Source: an uncultured Lentisphaerales bacterium (GTDB taxonomy: Bacteria > Verrucomicrobiota > Lentisphaeria > JABSQK01 > JAJFLO01). Taken from it: a stretch of DNA of 64,000 nt. Both the position numbers and the translations under genes were made by a program. Each line of letters starts with the position of its first letter. The first letter of the stretch is position 1. The stretch lies in contig CAZTTH010000001.1 in assembly GCA_964615975.1 (NCBI GenBank), positions 6,559 to 70,558 on the forward strand, written 5' to 3'. Below, one piece after another: positions 1 through 11,794 of this stretch. Below the pieces are notes generated by a model. The model was given only the letters and a program-made list of their open reading frames with translations. It ran no database searches and was not told where the DNA came from.

Positions 1-2334
1 CTTGATGTTGTATGTTTGAGGCTGTGACTCTTTGACAGGCAGGCTCGTAGTTAAGAAGTCAGCTTCGCGTAGAAATTCTGTCAATTCCTCATCACCACCG
101 GTGAGATGGATATGCAGGTTGGGAAGTGTGAATATATCAGCAGCGATTATCTTTAGTTGTTCAATCAGCGATTCAGGCTGATGATCACTGACCTTGGCAT
201 ATTCCTTCAAGGCATGATATTGACTAACGCCATTGGTTATTTCATGATATTGACCGAGGCGTGAATGATAGGCTGCCAGGCGTTTTTCAGCGTAGTTATG
301 CCCTTGGGGAATGATTTGTGAATGCTTGTTGGCAGAGGAAATGTGCAGCACTTCAGATATTCGTTTGGGGTTTTCCCAGTTGACCAAGGTGATAATTTCT
401 CGTAATAACTGTACCAAATCTCTGGTTTTAGCACGCAGACATTTGGCGCTAAAGGTAAGGGAATTAATAACCGAATCACGATGGCCCAGCGCAATTGTAG
501 AAGAATATCCTGCCCCAACTCCTCCGGTATGGATGTCAATGTCCTGCAGCAATTCGACATAACTTCTTGTCTGGGTACCGACCTGAAACAATAATTGCGA
601 AAAACTGGGAAGGAGAGGCAGATAGGATTGAGGAATTCCGGCCGCATTAAATGTGAGCATCAAATAGGTAATGCCATTGGTCGGTTGACGGGAAAAGGAG
701 AGGGTATGACCTGGCCGGGGAATTAATTCAAAAGGATAAATTTCGGCCTTGCTGTCAATTGCCGACATGGGCAATTTGGGTATAGAACTCAAAGCGAGGG
801 CTGAATCCGGTTCCAACTGTTTGGCTAAAAGGTGGTTTTGCCTTTGCTGGACATGTTCAATTTCATCGTGATTCATTTGGCGCTTCGTGGCGGCCAATTT
901 GTCTTTGAGACACTGATGGGTTACTTTTTCGAGCTGTGGGTCGGGATGTAAAATGATCGTGGCATGATGGGGATTTTTGATAAAATAATTCTCTATCATG
1001 GTTTCGAAGTAACGCCCGGCCGCCAGCCTGGTTTTGATTATATTCAAGATGTGTTCATAGCCTAGATGCATTAAGGGATCCGCGTCATAGACCCAGGAAT
1101 TAAGCATCGTCAACCCATAGCATAAGCCTTTGGGATACCCACCAAAATTTGCTTCACGCAATTGGAATTCGATTTGATTCATTGAGGCTTGGATGGTATT
1201 AGGATCGAGACCATTTGCCACTAATTGCCGAAGCGTGGAATCGATGATATCCTCCATCGATTGTACCAGGTCAGGATCGGTGCCCTTTAATCCGACAACA
1301 TAATAATTTTCGAGTGAATCATGCTCGAATCCATAATGAATGGTGCTTTCACCCAAATGGGAATCGACCAGGGCCTTTCGTAATGGCGAGGCTGGCGTGC
1401 CACTTAAAATCCGTGATAATATGGTGAAAGCGAGATAGTATTCAGGTTCAGTCGGTTGTGAGAGGAGATAACTCCTAACTGCATATGTGCTTCTGATGGT
1501 GGTTTCGCCTGGAGTTGTAGGGTATGCCCCGTGGCGACAAATGGGACGGGAGAATCTCGGTTGCAATGCTATCGTACCCTGGCATTCCTGAAACTCATAA
1601 GCTGAAAGATAATCTGCCAGGTGGGCCAATTTTGCCATTATATCAAAATTGCCATAGAGTAGAATTTTGGCATTGCTGGGATGGTAATATCGACGATAGA
1701 ATTCTATGAATTTAGGGTAAGTGAGCTGGGGAATATGCTTGGGATCACCCCCTGAAGATTTACCATATATGCTGTCCGGGAATAAGGCCCGGCCGATTTC
1801 GTCCATGAGCAGATTTTCCGGATCCGAATAGGCGCCCAACATCTCATTATAAACTACGCCAGAATAAGTCAGATCACCACCTTCAGGATTAATCGCGTAA
1901 TGCCATCCTTCCTGTAAAAATGTGTCTTCATTGATTAATGGGTTGAAAACCGCGTCCAAATAGACATCCATTAGATTAATGAAATCCTGTTGATTGCGAC
2001 TGGCAACCGGATAGACGGTCCGGTCAGGGTAGGTCATCGCATTCAAAAAAGTATATAGACTGCTTTTGAGCAATTCCGCGAAAGGTTCCTTTACCGGATA
2101 TTTGCGAGAACCATTAAGGACTGAATGTTCAAGAATATGCGAGACACCCGTATCATCTTCGGGCAAAGTCTTAAAGGTAATCATGAAAACATTGTTATCG
2201 TCTGAATTGGATAGAATGATGACTTCGGTTTTAGTGCGCTCATATCTGAAAATTCTAGCGACCGATTGTATTTCCTTGATTTCTTGCATGCGTATTAATC
2301 GAAAACCATTATAAATTTGATCGAGTTCTAACAT
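1..2334 (-). CDS. M16-family zinc metallopeptidase, presequence-protease-like; 3' end runs off the window start
   Basis: Reverse-strand translation from ATG at 2334 gives MLELDQIYNGFRL...TLPEDDTGVSHILEHSVLNGSRKYP. This contains the inverted zinc-binding HxxEH motif (HILEH) of insulinase/M16 peptidases. The reading frame stays open to coordinate 1 (more than 770 aa). The ORF track omits it because it runs off the edge. Confidence 0.8.
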   Translation of the reverse strand, partial: MLELDQIYNGFRLIRMQEIKEIQSVARIFRYERTKTEVIILSNSDDNNVFMITFKTLPEDDTGVSHILEHSVLNGSRKYPVKEPFAELLKSSLYTFLNAMTYPDRTVYPVASRNQQDFINLMDVYLDAVFNPLINEDTFLQEGWHYAINPEGGDLTYSGVVYNEMLGAYSDPENLLMDEIGRALFPDSIYGKSSGGDPKHIPQLTYPKFIEFYRRYYHPSNAKILLYGNFDIMAKLAHLADYLSAYEFQECQGTIALQPRFSRPICRHGAYPTTPGETTIRSTYAVRSYLLSQPTEPEYYLAFTILSRILSGTPASPLRKALVDSHLGESTIHYGFEHDSLENYYVVGLKGTDPDLVQSMEDIIDSTLRQLVANGLDPNTIQASMNQIEFQLREANFGGYPKGLCYGLTMLNSWVYDADPLMHLGYEHILNIIKTRLAAGRYFETMIENYFIKNPHHATIILHPDPQLEKVTHQCLKDKLAATKRQMNHDEIEHVQQRQNHLLAKQLEPDSALALSSIPKLPMSAIDSKAEIYPFELIPRPGHTLSFSRQPTNGITYLMLTFNAAGIPQSYLPLLPSFSQLLFQVGTQTRSYVELLQDIDIHTGGVGAGYSSTIALGHRDSVINSLTFSAKCLRAKTRDLVQLLREIITLVNWENPKRISEVLHISSANKHSQIIPQGHNYAEKRLAAYHSRLGQYHEITNGVSQYHALKEYAKVSDHQPESLIEQLKIIAADIFTLPNLHIHLTGGDEELTEFLREADFLTTSLPVKESQPQTYNIK

Positions 2335-2568
2335 GGGTATTCCTTAATGATGGTGACAATGCAGAGTGAATAGAAATATATTTCCACAGATATCTTTTGG
2401 TATTAAATTCGAAGGCCAGTAATGTAAGTTCCTTTTTATAGATCACCAGATACTTTGAATAAGATGAGAATTCATTAACCGTTCTCCATGGCTTTATTCT
2501 CATCCCAATGATATTACCAACTAAATAAACTGCGCCAAATTGTTTCACAGCTCGAATCGTATTTTTCA

Positions 2569-2661
2569 GGAGGGGTGCCAGAGTGGTCGAATGGGACGCA
2601 CTCGAAATGCGTAGTGTGAGTAATCCTTGCACCTAGGGTTCGAATCCCTACCCCTCCGCCA
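2569..2661 (+). tRNA. tRNA-Ser (anticodon CGA), type II with long variable arm
   Basis: Acceptor stem GGAGGGG pairs with CCCCTCC, followed by G and CCA. The anticodon stem is ACGCA/TGCGT with loop CTCGAAA. There is a ~20-nt variable arm, and the T-arm has a TTCGAAT loop. Confidence 0.85.
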
Positions 2662-2728
2662 TTTTATCGAGATTCAGCGGTCATCATAAGTTGAGCAGGT
2701 TTGGCCAGGAGTAAAAAAGGAGCCTGAT

Positions 2729-3271
2729 TTGCGTTCCCGGCGCACCCAGCGAATTTCCACTCAAAACCTGGCATTGCCGGTCATTCCTTTCCTTGCGATC
2801 ATGCTGGGATTGATGGGAGTGATGGCTTTGACCACCATTGGCATCGCCGTTGAACAACGAAATGCCAGTGTCGAACGAGGTGTAGTTCAACTTTCCGATA
2901 TCCCAACGAATTTCATTCCTTTCCATCTCCGTTGTAGCGGCGATAAAATCAGTTGGCTTGATGATAAGAACCTATGGGGAGCAATGGTCATGGAGGATTT
3001 TATACAGCTCTTTCAACGGGATATCAGGATACTGCAGACTTCTAACCGTGACGCTATCAGATTTCATCAATTTCTTCAACAAAAGGTTCAGGCAAATCGC
3101 GCATTAAGCTTTTCCCGGCAACAAAATACCATGATTGTCTGGGTCGAGCCTGATGGTGTGGAAATGGCTTCTTTGCTGGAATACTTTATTACCATAAATA
3201 AAATTCCCCTGCGGATGGGATTGTTGCCAATTTTGCCGGGTGAAGAAATACGTGATAAGCATGAAAACTGA
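2729..3271 (+). CDS. hypothetical membrane protein
   Basis: ORF with a TTG start 6 nt downstream of an AAAGGAG motif. It has one hydrophobic N-terminal helix (LALPVIPFLAIMLGLMGVMALTTIGIAV). There is no recognisable catalytic motif. Confidence 0.4.
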   Translation: MRSRRTQRISTQNLALPVIPFLAIMLGLMGVMALTTIGIAVEQRNASVERGVVQLSDIPTNFIPFHLRCSGDKISWLDDKNLWGAMVMEDFIQLFQRDIRILQTSNRDAIRFHQFLQQKVQANRALSFSRQQNTMIVWVEPDGVEMASLLEYFITINKIPLRMGLLPILPGEEIRDKHEN

Positions 3272-3902
3272 AAGCAGCGTCGATCTGGCAGTTCTAACCG
3301 ATATAATTTCCAATGTCGTTGGAATGACGATTCTGCTGGCCTGTGTGGCATTGTTGTTTCGGCAAAAAACACTAGGTGAATCGGCCGGTGAAAATCTCGC
3401 TGCCAAACCGATTTCATTTCCTTTGGCATATGTCCCAGAGAAACGTTCTTTAACCTTGGTACTTAAGCATGATCGATTATATGAATTGCCGGAGAAAGAA
3501 CTTCTTGAAGCAGTAACTGAAAAAGTGGTAGATCATGAACCAGTTGCCTGGCTCAGATTGGAGAAGGATGGAGTCGATGGTGAAATCCATCTGACCAGTA
3601 CCGCAACCGGGTTTCGCTTTATGTATAAAATTAAACCTGCCGGAGGTGTATTATTGGATTCCACTCCATTATTGGTAAAGACCATCGATGCGATTATCAG
3701 TAAATTCCCCCCCGAGCGCTTTTTTTATGTATTTCATACCTGGCCGGAATGTTTTTCTCAATTTCGAGAAATCAGGGAATATCTGATTGAACAAGGTGGG
3801 GAAGTTGGGTGGCATCCGCGGGCAGAGAATCGAGAAAAATATGATGTGATTTATTCGATCGGTGAATATGATGAGTCGCTTTCAACCATTAAAGCTCAAT
3901 AA
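3240..3902 (+). CDS. hypothetical membrane-anchored protein
   Basis: ORF with a single N-terminal TM segment (VVGMTILLACVALLF). It overlaps the upstream ORF, suggesting a two-gene operon. No family recognised. Confidence 0.4.
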   Translation: MKKYVISMKTESSVDLAVLTDIISNVVGMTILLACVALLFRQKTLGESAGENLAAKPISFPLAYVPEKRSLTLVLKHDRLYELPEKELLEAVTEKVVDHEPVAWLRLEKDGVDGEIHLTSTATGFRFMYKIKPAGGVLLDSTPLLVKTIDAIISKFPPERFFYVFHTWPECFSQFREIREYLIEQGGEVGWHPRAENREKYDVIYSIGEYDESLSTIKAQ

Positions 3903-3927
3903 GCATCCCCAAAGTGTTTTGATGGTT

Positions 3928-4491
3928 TTATATGTGCAGCAATTCGGCTTCTTTATTGTCTGATAATTTATTGATCAGGCTGATATGGTCATCAGTGGTC
4001 TTTTGGATTTTTTCCAGAGCCTTGGCCAGGTCGTCTTCTGTGATTTTACCGTCTTTTTGTAGTTTTTTTATCACATCATTTGATTCACGGCGGAATGTGC
4101 GGATTTCAACACGGGCTTCTTCTGCGCGCTTCTTTACTTCCTTGACATAATCCCGCCGGCGCTCTTCGCTGAGTTCGGGAAGTTGTAAGCGAATGACTTT
4201 TCCATCATTCAAGGGGGTTACACCCAAATTGCAAGCCAACAAGGCCTTTTCAATATCCGGCAACGCATTTTTATCCCATGGTAAAATAACAATTGTGCGC
4301 GGTTCTGGAATTGAGATACCGGCGATATCACGGAGACGTGTTGAGGTCCCGTAATATTTTACAATTACATTTTCGACCAAAGAAGATGAGGCTTTTCCTG
4401 TACGTATGGCGCTTAAATCTTTTTCTAACGCATGAATTCCGTCAGTCATTTTCTTATCACTATGGGTAATTGTTTCTTCAATTGTTGTCAT
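3928..4491 (-). CDS. frr: ribosome recycling factor
   Basis: 187-aa translation (…VKYYGTSTRLRDIAGISIPEPRTIVILPWDKNALPDIEKAL…RLQLPELSEERRRDYVKEVKKRAEEARVEIR…) matches the conserved RRF fold and length. Confidence 0.9.
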   Translation of the reverse strand: MTTIEETITHSDKKMTDGIHALEKDLSAIRTGKASSSLVENVIVKYYGTSTRLRDIAGISIPEPRTIVILPWDKNALPDIEKALLACNLGVTPLNDGKVIRLQLPELSEERRRDYVKEVKKRAEEARVEIRTFRRESNDVIKKLQKDGKITEDDLAKALEKIQKTTDDHISLINKLSDNKEAELLHI

Positions 4492-4523
4492 AATAATGTT
4501 CCATATAATTAGAGTTTGTCATA

Positions 4524-5813
4524 CTATTTATTGAGGTCTGAGTAGCTGGGAAGGCTGTCTTTCCCCTCTAGGCCTTTGAATGGAATTACTTTCTTATAAA
4601 ACGAGTCTACTAAATAAAGGTGTTGTTTGCCCCCAAAGTTTCGCGTGCAGACAATATGCCGACCATCCGTCGCCCAGGAAGGTGATTCCCAATCGCCAGC
4701 TATATTGATCAAGACTTCAGGGTCACGATCATTTGAATTCATATCGACATAGGCAATGGTGTATTGATTGCCGCTCGCCATGGAAAAACAGATTTTGTTT
4801 GATACCTTGGACCAATTAGGGGATACTGATTCAACCGGTATTCGCAGGAGTCGTTTTGGTGTTCCACCAGTTGCAGAAATTGTGTAAATCATAGGGCGAT
4901 TGCCGACATCATCGGAAACAAAACAAATTTGCTTATCGTCAGGCGACCATGATGGTGAAGACTCAGCTCCTTCGCTATTGGTCAGGCGATCTAGTTTACC
5001 ACTGATTAAATCCATGACATAAAGATCGACATTGCCATCTTTGCTCAAGGTCATTGCAGCCGTGAGGCTGTTTCGCGCCATGGCGGCACTGCTATTCAAA
5101 CCTGGGAAACGGGTTACACGTTTATGAATTTTCTTATGCATATCCACCATAATGATATCGGTAGAATAGTTGTTGTAGTAGGTATAAATTAAAAAGCGGT
5201 TGCCGTTTCCCCAATCAGGTTCCACTGAAATCCCGTTATTGCGGGTAAGTTGATACGCATTGCTGCCATCGAAGTCAGCAATCCAAATTTCTTTTTTCCC
5301 TTGCCAGTTTTTTACATAAGCGATGTGGGTGGAGCAAAATCCCTGGGTTTTGAATATTTTTGAAATTATCTCATCAACCGTGTTGTATATCAAACGGTGA
5401 GTGGGGTTGATCTTTTCGGTTTTTTGCTCAAATCGAGTAATCGGATTTTGATCGGAACTCGAGATTTGGATTTTAATCAATTTCTCGTTGGAATTTTCTT
5501 GATATGACGCCGTGATATAATAGTCGGCTTTGGTATTATCATTCACCACCTCGAACCAATCGCAGAAAATAAGAGTGTTTCGCAGCATTTGTTTGACTTC
5601 TTCATTGCCATAAAAAGAATCAATCGATAATGTCGGGTTTTGGGTAAGGGCTTTTTTGACCACTGTCAGGTCTTGAGGAATGTCCGATAATGCCATGTTA
5701 TAAGGAAAAATGACATTCACTAATAAGATGCCAAGAATAATTATGGTGACTTTAAAAATTCGAAGATTTGAAAATGATTTACAGGAGGAAATTAATCGAA
5801 GGTAGATGGGCAT
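4524..5813 (-). CDS. tolB: TolB-like periplasmic beta-propeller protein
   Basis: 429 aa with an N-terminal signal/TM segment. Repeated WSPDG-like blades (PDWGNGNRFLIYT, PSWSPDDKQICFVSD, PNWSKVSNKICF, PSWATDGRHIVCT) are typical of TolB/WD40-like propellers. Confidence 0.7.
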   Translation of the reverse strand: MPIYLRLISSCKSFSNLRIFKVTIIILGILLVNVIFPYNMALSDIPQDLTVVKKALTQNPTLSIDSFYGNEEVKQMLRNTLIFCDWFEVVNDNTKADYYITASYQENSNEKLIKIQISSSDQNPITRFEQKTEKINPTHRLIYNTVDEIISKIFKTQGFCSTHIAYVKNWQGKKEIWIADFDGSNAYQLTRNNGISVEPDWGNGNRFLIYTYYNNYSTDIIMVDMHKKIHKRVTRFPGLNSSAAMARNSLTAAMTLSKDGNVDLYVMDLISGKLDRLTNSEGAESSPSWSPDDKQICFVSDDVGNRPMIYTISATGGTPKRLLRIPVESVSPNWSKVSNKICFSMASGNQYTIAYVDMNSNDRDPEVLINIAGDWESPSWATDGRHIVCTRNFGGKQHLYLVDSFYKKVIPFKGLEGKDSLPSYSDLNK

Positions 5814-6089
5814 ATGCTTTAATGTCTGATAAATGGTTTGATATAATTAATTTATTCGATGATGTATGTTGGTAAATGTAGCTGATTGAAAGTTGAGCTT
5901 AATCTCAAAGAGTCCGAAATTAACTCAAGTTATTATATTATAGTATTTATGGTAATATGAGTATGATGTCAACCATCAGCAAAAATAAAAGCGAATAAGT
6001 TATTTTTTTATCGATAGAGATACGTTTCCTCTATACATATTTACCTTAAAATTTACCGGATTGCTTAAATCAAGGCTAACGTTCGTTTC

Positions 6090-7031
6090 ATGGAATATCG
6101 GAAACTGGGCAAATCATCATTAAATGTATCTGTGATCGGTTTTGGCGCTTGGGGTATTGGCGGAATTCCATTCTGGCAAAATCAAGGAGATAGGAAAGCA
6201 CAACATGCTATAATCCGAGCAGTTGAAAGGGGAATTAATTTTTTTGATACCGCACCGGTTTATGGATTTGGGCATTCGGAAATATTGTTGGGAAAAACAT
6301 TAAAATCGATGCGGAATCAGGTTTTAATTGCCAGCAAATGTGGACTATCGTGGACATCACATGCAGTTGGAAACATTTATCGCGATAGCCGGCGAGCAAC
6401 CATTTTAAATGAAATCGATTGCAGCTTAAAACGATTACAAACAGATTGGATTGATCTTTATCAAATACACTGGCCGGATCTGAAAACACCATTTGAAGAA
6501 AGTATTGGAACACTTCTGAACCTGCAAAAATCCGGAAAAATCAGAGAGTTTGGTGTCAGTAACTTTTCACTGAGTCAACTAAGTGAATGCAATGGTATTG
6601 CGCCAGTAACTGCCTTGCAAAATGAATATAGTTTACTCAATCGGAGTATTGAGAGGGAATTGCTTCCCTATTGTCTGGATCAGGATATTGGAATTTTGGC
6701 TTATAGCCCTTTGGGATCTGGAATATTAACAAACAAATATGATGAACAGACTAAATTCACTGATTGGCGTGGCAAAAAACATTTTCCCCAATTCCACGGT
6801 GAAGCATTTAGAAAAAATATTCAAAAAGTGAAGAAGCTGGCACAGCTTGAAGTCGTTACCGGTCATTCTTGCGCGGAAATGGCGTTGAATTGGATAATCA
6901 CTAAATCGGGAGTGGTCACTGCTTTGACAGGGATATATGACCCAGCACATGTGATAACCAGTTGTAAGGCTTTGAATTGGGGTTTAGATATGAAAACAAA
7001 GGCAAGGATTGAGCGGATATTCAGCGGATAA
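6090..7031 (+). CDS. aldo/keto reductase family oxidoreductase
   Basis: 313 aa; MEYRKLGKSSLNVSVIGFGAWGIGG…FFDTAPVYGFGHSE…LYQIHWPD are hallmark AKR motifs. Confidence 0.85.
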   Translation: MEYRKLGKSSLNVSVIGFGAWGIGGIPFWQNQGDRKAQHAIIRAVERGINFFDTAPVYGFGHSEILLGKTLKSMRNQVLIASKCGLSWTSHAVGNIYRDSRRATILNEIDCSLKRLQTDWIDLYQIHWPDLKTPFEESIGTLLNLQKSGKIREFGVSNFSLSQLSECNGIAPVTALQNEYSLLNRSIERELLPYCLDQDIGILAYSPLGSGILTNKYDEQTKFTDWRGKKHFPQFHGEAFRKNIQKVKKLAQLEVVTGHSCAEMALNWIITKSGVVTALTGIYDPAHVITSCKALNWGLDMKTKARIERIFSG

Positions 7032-7472
7032 TTATTGATTATTAGGGGTTACGACGGAAAATACAGGCAAATAGGATGATAATTTGTCCTGCATGGTAGT
7101 AATATGATTGCGTATTTCAACAAAATGCGCATTCATATATGCCAGGCGATATGCCAATGTTTGCGCGACATTTACTGCGATTTCCGGGTTTAATCGTAAG
7201 AACGGTATTAAATCCTCAATTTCATAAAACACGCTGTCATCCATGGCGGTCACCGTGGCAACGATGGGGGTTCCCAGCAATGCAGAAATTTCTCCCAGGA
7301 TAGTCCCTGGACTGTGCTCGCGAGCGATAAGATGTGAACCGACAGTGATTTCTACCCCACCAGAAAGTAAAACGAAAACGCGAGTGCCTTCGCTTCCTTT
7401 CTCCATCATTACTGTTCCCTTGGGAATTTTAACTTCAGGCAATTTCAAATCTTTTAGTAGCGCAATATTCAC
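7032..7472 (-). CDS. cyclic-nucleotide-binding domain protein
   Basis: 146 aa; a GTILGEISALLGTP segment resembles the cNMP-binding phosphate-binding cassette. Single domain only. Confidence 0.5.
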   Translation of the reverse strand: MNIALLKDLKLPEVKIPKGTVMMEKGSEGTRVFVLLSGGVEITVGSHLIAREHSPGTILGEISALLGTPIVATVTAMDDSVFYEIEDLIPFLRLNPEIAVNVAQTLAYRLAYMNAHFVEIRNHITTMQDKLSSYLPVFSVVTPNNQ

Positions 7473-7583
7473 AATGAGTATGTACTTAAATTGGTATGAA
7501 ATTTATTTTACTTTATGTAATTAATGGCAGATATAATAGTATCAAACCACCCCCGGCAAACAAGTAATAATGCGGATGAACAT

Positions 7584-8609
<1,026 letters not shown>

Positions 8610-8736
8610 TTATTAAAAATTGGTTAGTAATTAGCAATTATACATTAAGATTAAACCCAATGACAGTAAGAAAATAAATCCTCAATATGACAGTGCAAAC
8701 GCAATGCCTAAACTTTTTAACTAATATGGTAATATC

Positions 8737-9789
8737 ATGGCTATACCCGTACCCAATTATCAGAGTGCTGGAGTCAACATGGATCTGGCCGGTCAATTAT
8801 TGTCCCGAATAAAACCAAAAATCATTGCGACTCATCGGCCAGGTGTCTTGGAGCCAACCGATCGGTTTGGTGGCATGTTTCAAGTTGATTTCAAGGAATA
8901 TGAAGAACCGGTTTTGATCAGCAGTATGGATGGAGTAGGAACCAAACTGCTGGTGGCTTCAATGATGAACAATCATAAATTTATAGGCCATGATTTAGTG
9001 AATCATTGTATTAATGATATTGCCTGTCAAGGGGCGAAGCCGTTGTATTTCTTTGACTATATTGGAATCGGCAGGCTGCGCAGTCCCCTCTATGAAGAGA
9101 TTTTATCTGGATTGGCTGATGCCTGTATGCAGCATGATGTTTCATTGTTGGGGGGTGAAACAGCTGAAATGCCTGGGATGTATGGGAATGATTATGATCT
9201 GGTGGGTATGATTACCGGAATAGCGGAAAAATCGCGTATTATTACCGGAGTTGCTATTCAGCCAGGTGATCAATTGGTGGGATTGGCATCAAATGGTCTC
9301 CATACCAACGGTTACAGTTTGGCCCGCAAGGTATTGCTTGAACAGGCGCGATTGAGTTTATCTACTCATGAACCTGAATCAGGCGTGAGTCTGGGAGAAT
9401 TACTACTCAAACCCCATGTTTGCTATTGGCCAGTGATCAAACAGGCGCTCCATGAGCAACTGGTGATTCATGGCATTGCTCATATTACCGGAGGTGGGAT
9501 CTACGATAATTTGGAACGCATACTGCCGGATAATGTTGATGCGGTTATTACTGCTCATAATTTCGCATGTCCCCCAATCTTCAATTTCATTCAGGTACAC
9601 GGCAAAATCTCAACCCGAGAAATGTATCGAGTTTTCAATATGGGGGTTGGTATGATATGGATAGTACCAGCATCAGTGACACCAAAAATATTGAACTTAG
9701 CTCGTCAAAACAAAATTAGTGCAGCCGCAATTGGTGAAATTACGGATGGGAGTGGTTGCGTTAAAATAATTGGTGTGGATCAGGAATAA
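8737..9789 (+). CDS. purM: phosphoribosylformylglycinamidine cyclo-ligase (AIR synthetase)
   Basis: 350 aa with a PurM-like N-terminus and core (…DGVGTKLLVA…GGETAEMPGMY…). Confidence 0.9.
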   Translation: MAIPVPNYQSAGVNMDLAGQLLSRIKPKIIATHRPGVLEPTDRFGGMFQVDFKEYEEPVLISSMDGVGTKLLVASMMNNHKFIGHDLVNHCINDIACQGAKPLYFFDYIGIGRLRSPLYEEILSGLADACMQHDVSLLGGETAEMPGMYGNDYDLVGMITGIAEKSRIITGVAIQPGDQLVGLASNGLHTNGYSLARKVLLEQARLSLSTHEPESGVSLGELLLKPHVCYWPVIKQALHEQLVIHGIAHITGGGIYDNLERILPDNVDAVITAHNFACPPIFNFIQVHGKISTREMYRVFNMGVGMIWIVPASVTPKILNLARQNKISAAAIGEITDGSGCVKIIGVDQE

Positions 9790-9827
9790 TCTTTATCTTC
9801 TATCTACTCTTGTGAGCTTATTACGAT

Positions 9828-10520
9828 TTATTTAATTATGGCATATAGAGGTTCATGATAATATACCAATTGAGTGAGGAAAATCCGATTAGCCAGATGT
9901 CGGTTGAATTCATTTTCGGTCAGATCAGGTATGGCCTTGAATATAGCAAGTTCTTTAGTTTCACCACTTGTGCTTTGATACTCTAATTTTTTCTCCAGAT
10001 ATCCCACGATTATAAAATGATCTCCACGGCGTATATCTGTTGTGTTCATACGAACCCCGATCATTTGATTATTACCATCCGATGCCAATAAATTTTGATT
10101 GTCGGTAACTGATATTACTTTTATCTTTGAGCGAATCAAATCATTATTATCGGCGTCAGGAAGTATTTCAGCCGCAATAATAGCCGCATCAAAATTTTTT
10201 TTGATATGGCGAAAATTTTTGCGAAGGGCACGCGGGTGATTCAAAATTAGATTAATGATATAATCCTGATCAGTTTCGATAAATTGATTCACTTGGAAAC
10301 AATAATCCTCATTGTCAGAATATTGACGCAACCTTACCATCCCAGAATCAATCGATAAAAATTTAGCGTTAATAGTCTTGCCGCTTTCCTTCAAGGTCCA
10401 GCTTTTTCCGAAACCTGATAAGGGGATGAGAAATAGGTAACAGATAATAAATGTTGTAAACGAACTCGATAAGAGAAAATTTATATAAGTGTGTACCATG
10501 TGGCCCCCGGTTAAATTCAT
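9828..10520 (-). CDS. hypothetical secreted protein
   Basis: 230-aa ORF with a hydrophobic N-terminal signal-like segment (FLLSSSFTTFIICYLFLIPLSGFG). No known motif. Confidence 0.4.
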   Translation of the reverse strand: MNLTGGHMVHTYINFLLSSSFTTFIICYLFLIPLSGFGKSWTLKESGKTINAKFLSIDSGMVRLRQYSDNEDYCFQVNQFIETDQDYIINLILNHPRALRKNFRHIKKNFDAAIIAAEILPDADNNDLIRSKIKVISVTDNQNLLASDGNNQMIGVRMNTTDIRRGDHFIIVGYLEKKLEYQSTSGETKELAIFKAIPDLTENEFNRHLANRIFLTQLVYYHEPLYAIIK

Positions 10521-10704
10521 GGTGATTTAGTTTGATTTATGGAAGAAATACATTTTATAATTTGATATAATCTAACTAATCACTCTTCTTAATTCCAACC
10601 CAGGGTGAAAATACCTCAAGTTACCTCTGTCACTTGCTGCACAGTATACAATTCCCCATGAACGCACCAATCTTTACGTAATCATTAGTAATAAAATTGG
10701 ATCT

Positions 10705-11274
10705 TTATCGATTTGGATAGTGAGCGTTAGAAACTTTGTAGAATACGAACATCACGTTGCCATAACGTCTGATCACAACTTCTTGCGTGCAACGTGTTTT
10801 AAATGGCGTATATTCAGTCGGGTCAATTTGAACAATGATTTGGGTATCCGGCTTTAAGCATTGGGGGTTTTGTTCGATGACATTGAGTGTCTCGATCCAC
10901 AACTGTCGATATTGTGGAGGGGCCAAGAATATAATGTCATAAACTTCTTTGTTTCTGGTTAAAAAGTGTCGTGCATCCATTCTGTAAATTAAAGCATCAG
11001 TGATCAGATTTGTTGTCGTTAAATTCCGGCGAAGATATTTGATCACTTGATTAGATTGTTCAACAAAAGTAGCTTTGGCGGCGCCCCGGCTAAGCGCTTC
11101 AATACCAACATTCCCTGCCCCGGCATATAAATCAAGAAAGTGATTATTGACCAGGCATGGATTTAAGATATCAAAGAGGGCTGTTTTCGCTCTATCTGTT
11201 ATCGGACGAACTATCCGACAAGATTGGGGAAGATATATTTGATGCCCTTTTGCCCGCCCTGAAATTACTCGCAT
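10705..11274 (-). CDS. rsmD: 16S rRNA (guanine966-N2)-methyltransferase
   Basis: 189 aa; MRVISGRAKGHQIYLP…RPITDRAKTALFDIL…DLYAGAGNVGIEALSRGA is the RsmD signature and SAM-binding motif. Confidence 0.85.
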   Translation of the reverse strand: MRVISGRAKGHQIYLPQSCRIVRPITDRAKTALFDILNPCLVNNHFLDLYAGAGNVGIEALSRGAAKATFVEQSNQVIKYLRRNLTTTNLITDALIYRMDARHFLTRNKEVYDIIFLAPPQYRQLWIETLNVIEQNPQCLKPDTQIIVQIDPTEYTPFKTRCTQEVVIRRYGNVMFVFYKVSNAHYPNR

Positions 11275-11413
11275 AATGATAATGAATTCTGAAGGAATTT
11301 ATAATGTCTTTATCGAAATTCTTTAGGCTTGTGATAAAATCCGCAGAGTTGCAATTACCCCGAAATATTTGGAGGGAATTAAGCCAAGCAAAATTGTTAT
11401 TTTATGTCAAATA

Positions 11414-11782
11414 TCAAGATATGGGTATTGAATCTTTCATTCCGGATCGGAAGATGAAATATACTGCTCCAAGGATACAAAACGCGGCCCATACATAATC
11501 CCATTTAAAAGATTCTTTAAGGTAAATAATTGAAAAGGGGACAAATACACTCAGCGTTATGACCTCTTGAATAATTTTAAGTTGTCCGATAGTCAGGGCG
11601 GTATAGCCAATGCGATTAGCTGGTACTTGAATAAGGTATTCAAAAAATGCGATACCCCAACTAATTAACACGACATGATACCAAAGACTATGTGTGAGGT
11701 TTTTTAAATGACCATACCATGCGAAGGTCATAAAAATATTGCTGATTATCAGCATCAAACAGGTAATAAACATGATTTTCAT
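11414..11782 (-). CDS. DMT-superfamily small membrane protein (DUF486-like)
   Basis: 122 aa with four predicted TM helices. The pattern FAWYGHLK…ALTIGQLKIIQEVITL is typical of the DUF486/DMT family. Confidence 0.6.
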   Translation of the reverse strand: MKIMFITCLMLIISNIFMTFAWYGHLKNLTHSLWYHVVLISWGIAFFEYLIQVPANRIGYTALTIGQLKIIQEVITLSVFVPFSIIYLKESFKWDYVWAAFCILGAVYFIFRSGMKDSIPIS

Positions 11783-11794
11783 AAAGTAATAATC

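Noticed and set aside
2309-2632. 107-aa minus-strand ORF upstream of the M16 peptidase
   Set aside because: It overlaps the tRNA-Ser gene (2569-2661) on the opposite strand and has no motif. Almost certainly spurious.
2729-3902. ExbD/TolR-like identity for the two small membrane proteins near tolB
   Set aside because: Both have a single N-terminal TM helix and lie near the TolB-like gene, but they are on the opposite strand. They are longer than ExbD/TolR and lack the conserved Asp-containing helix. They are kept as hypotheticals.
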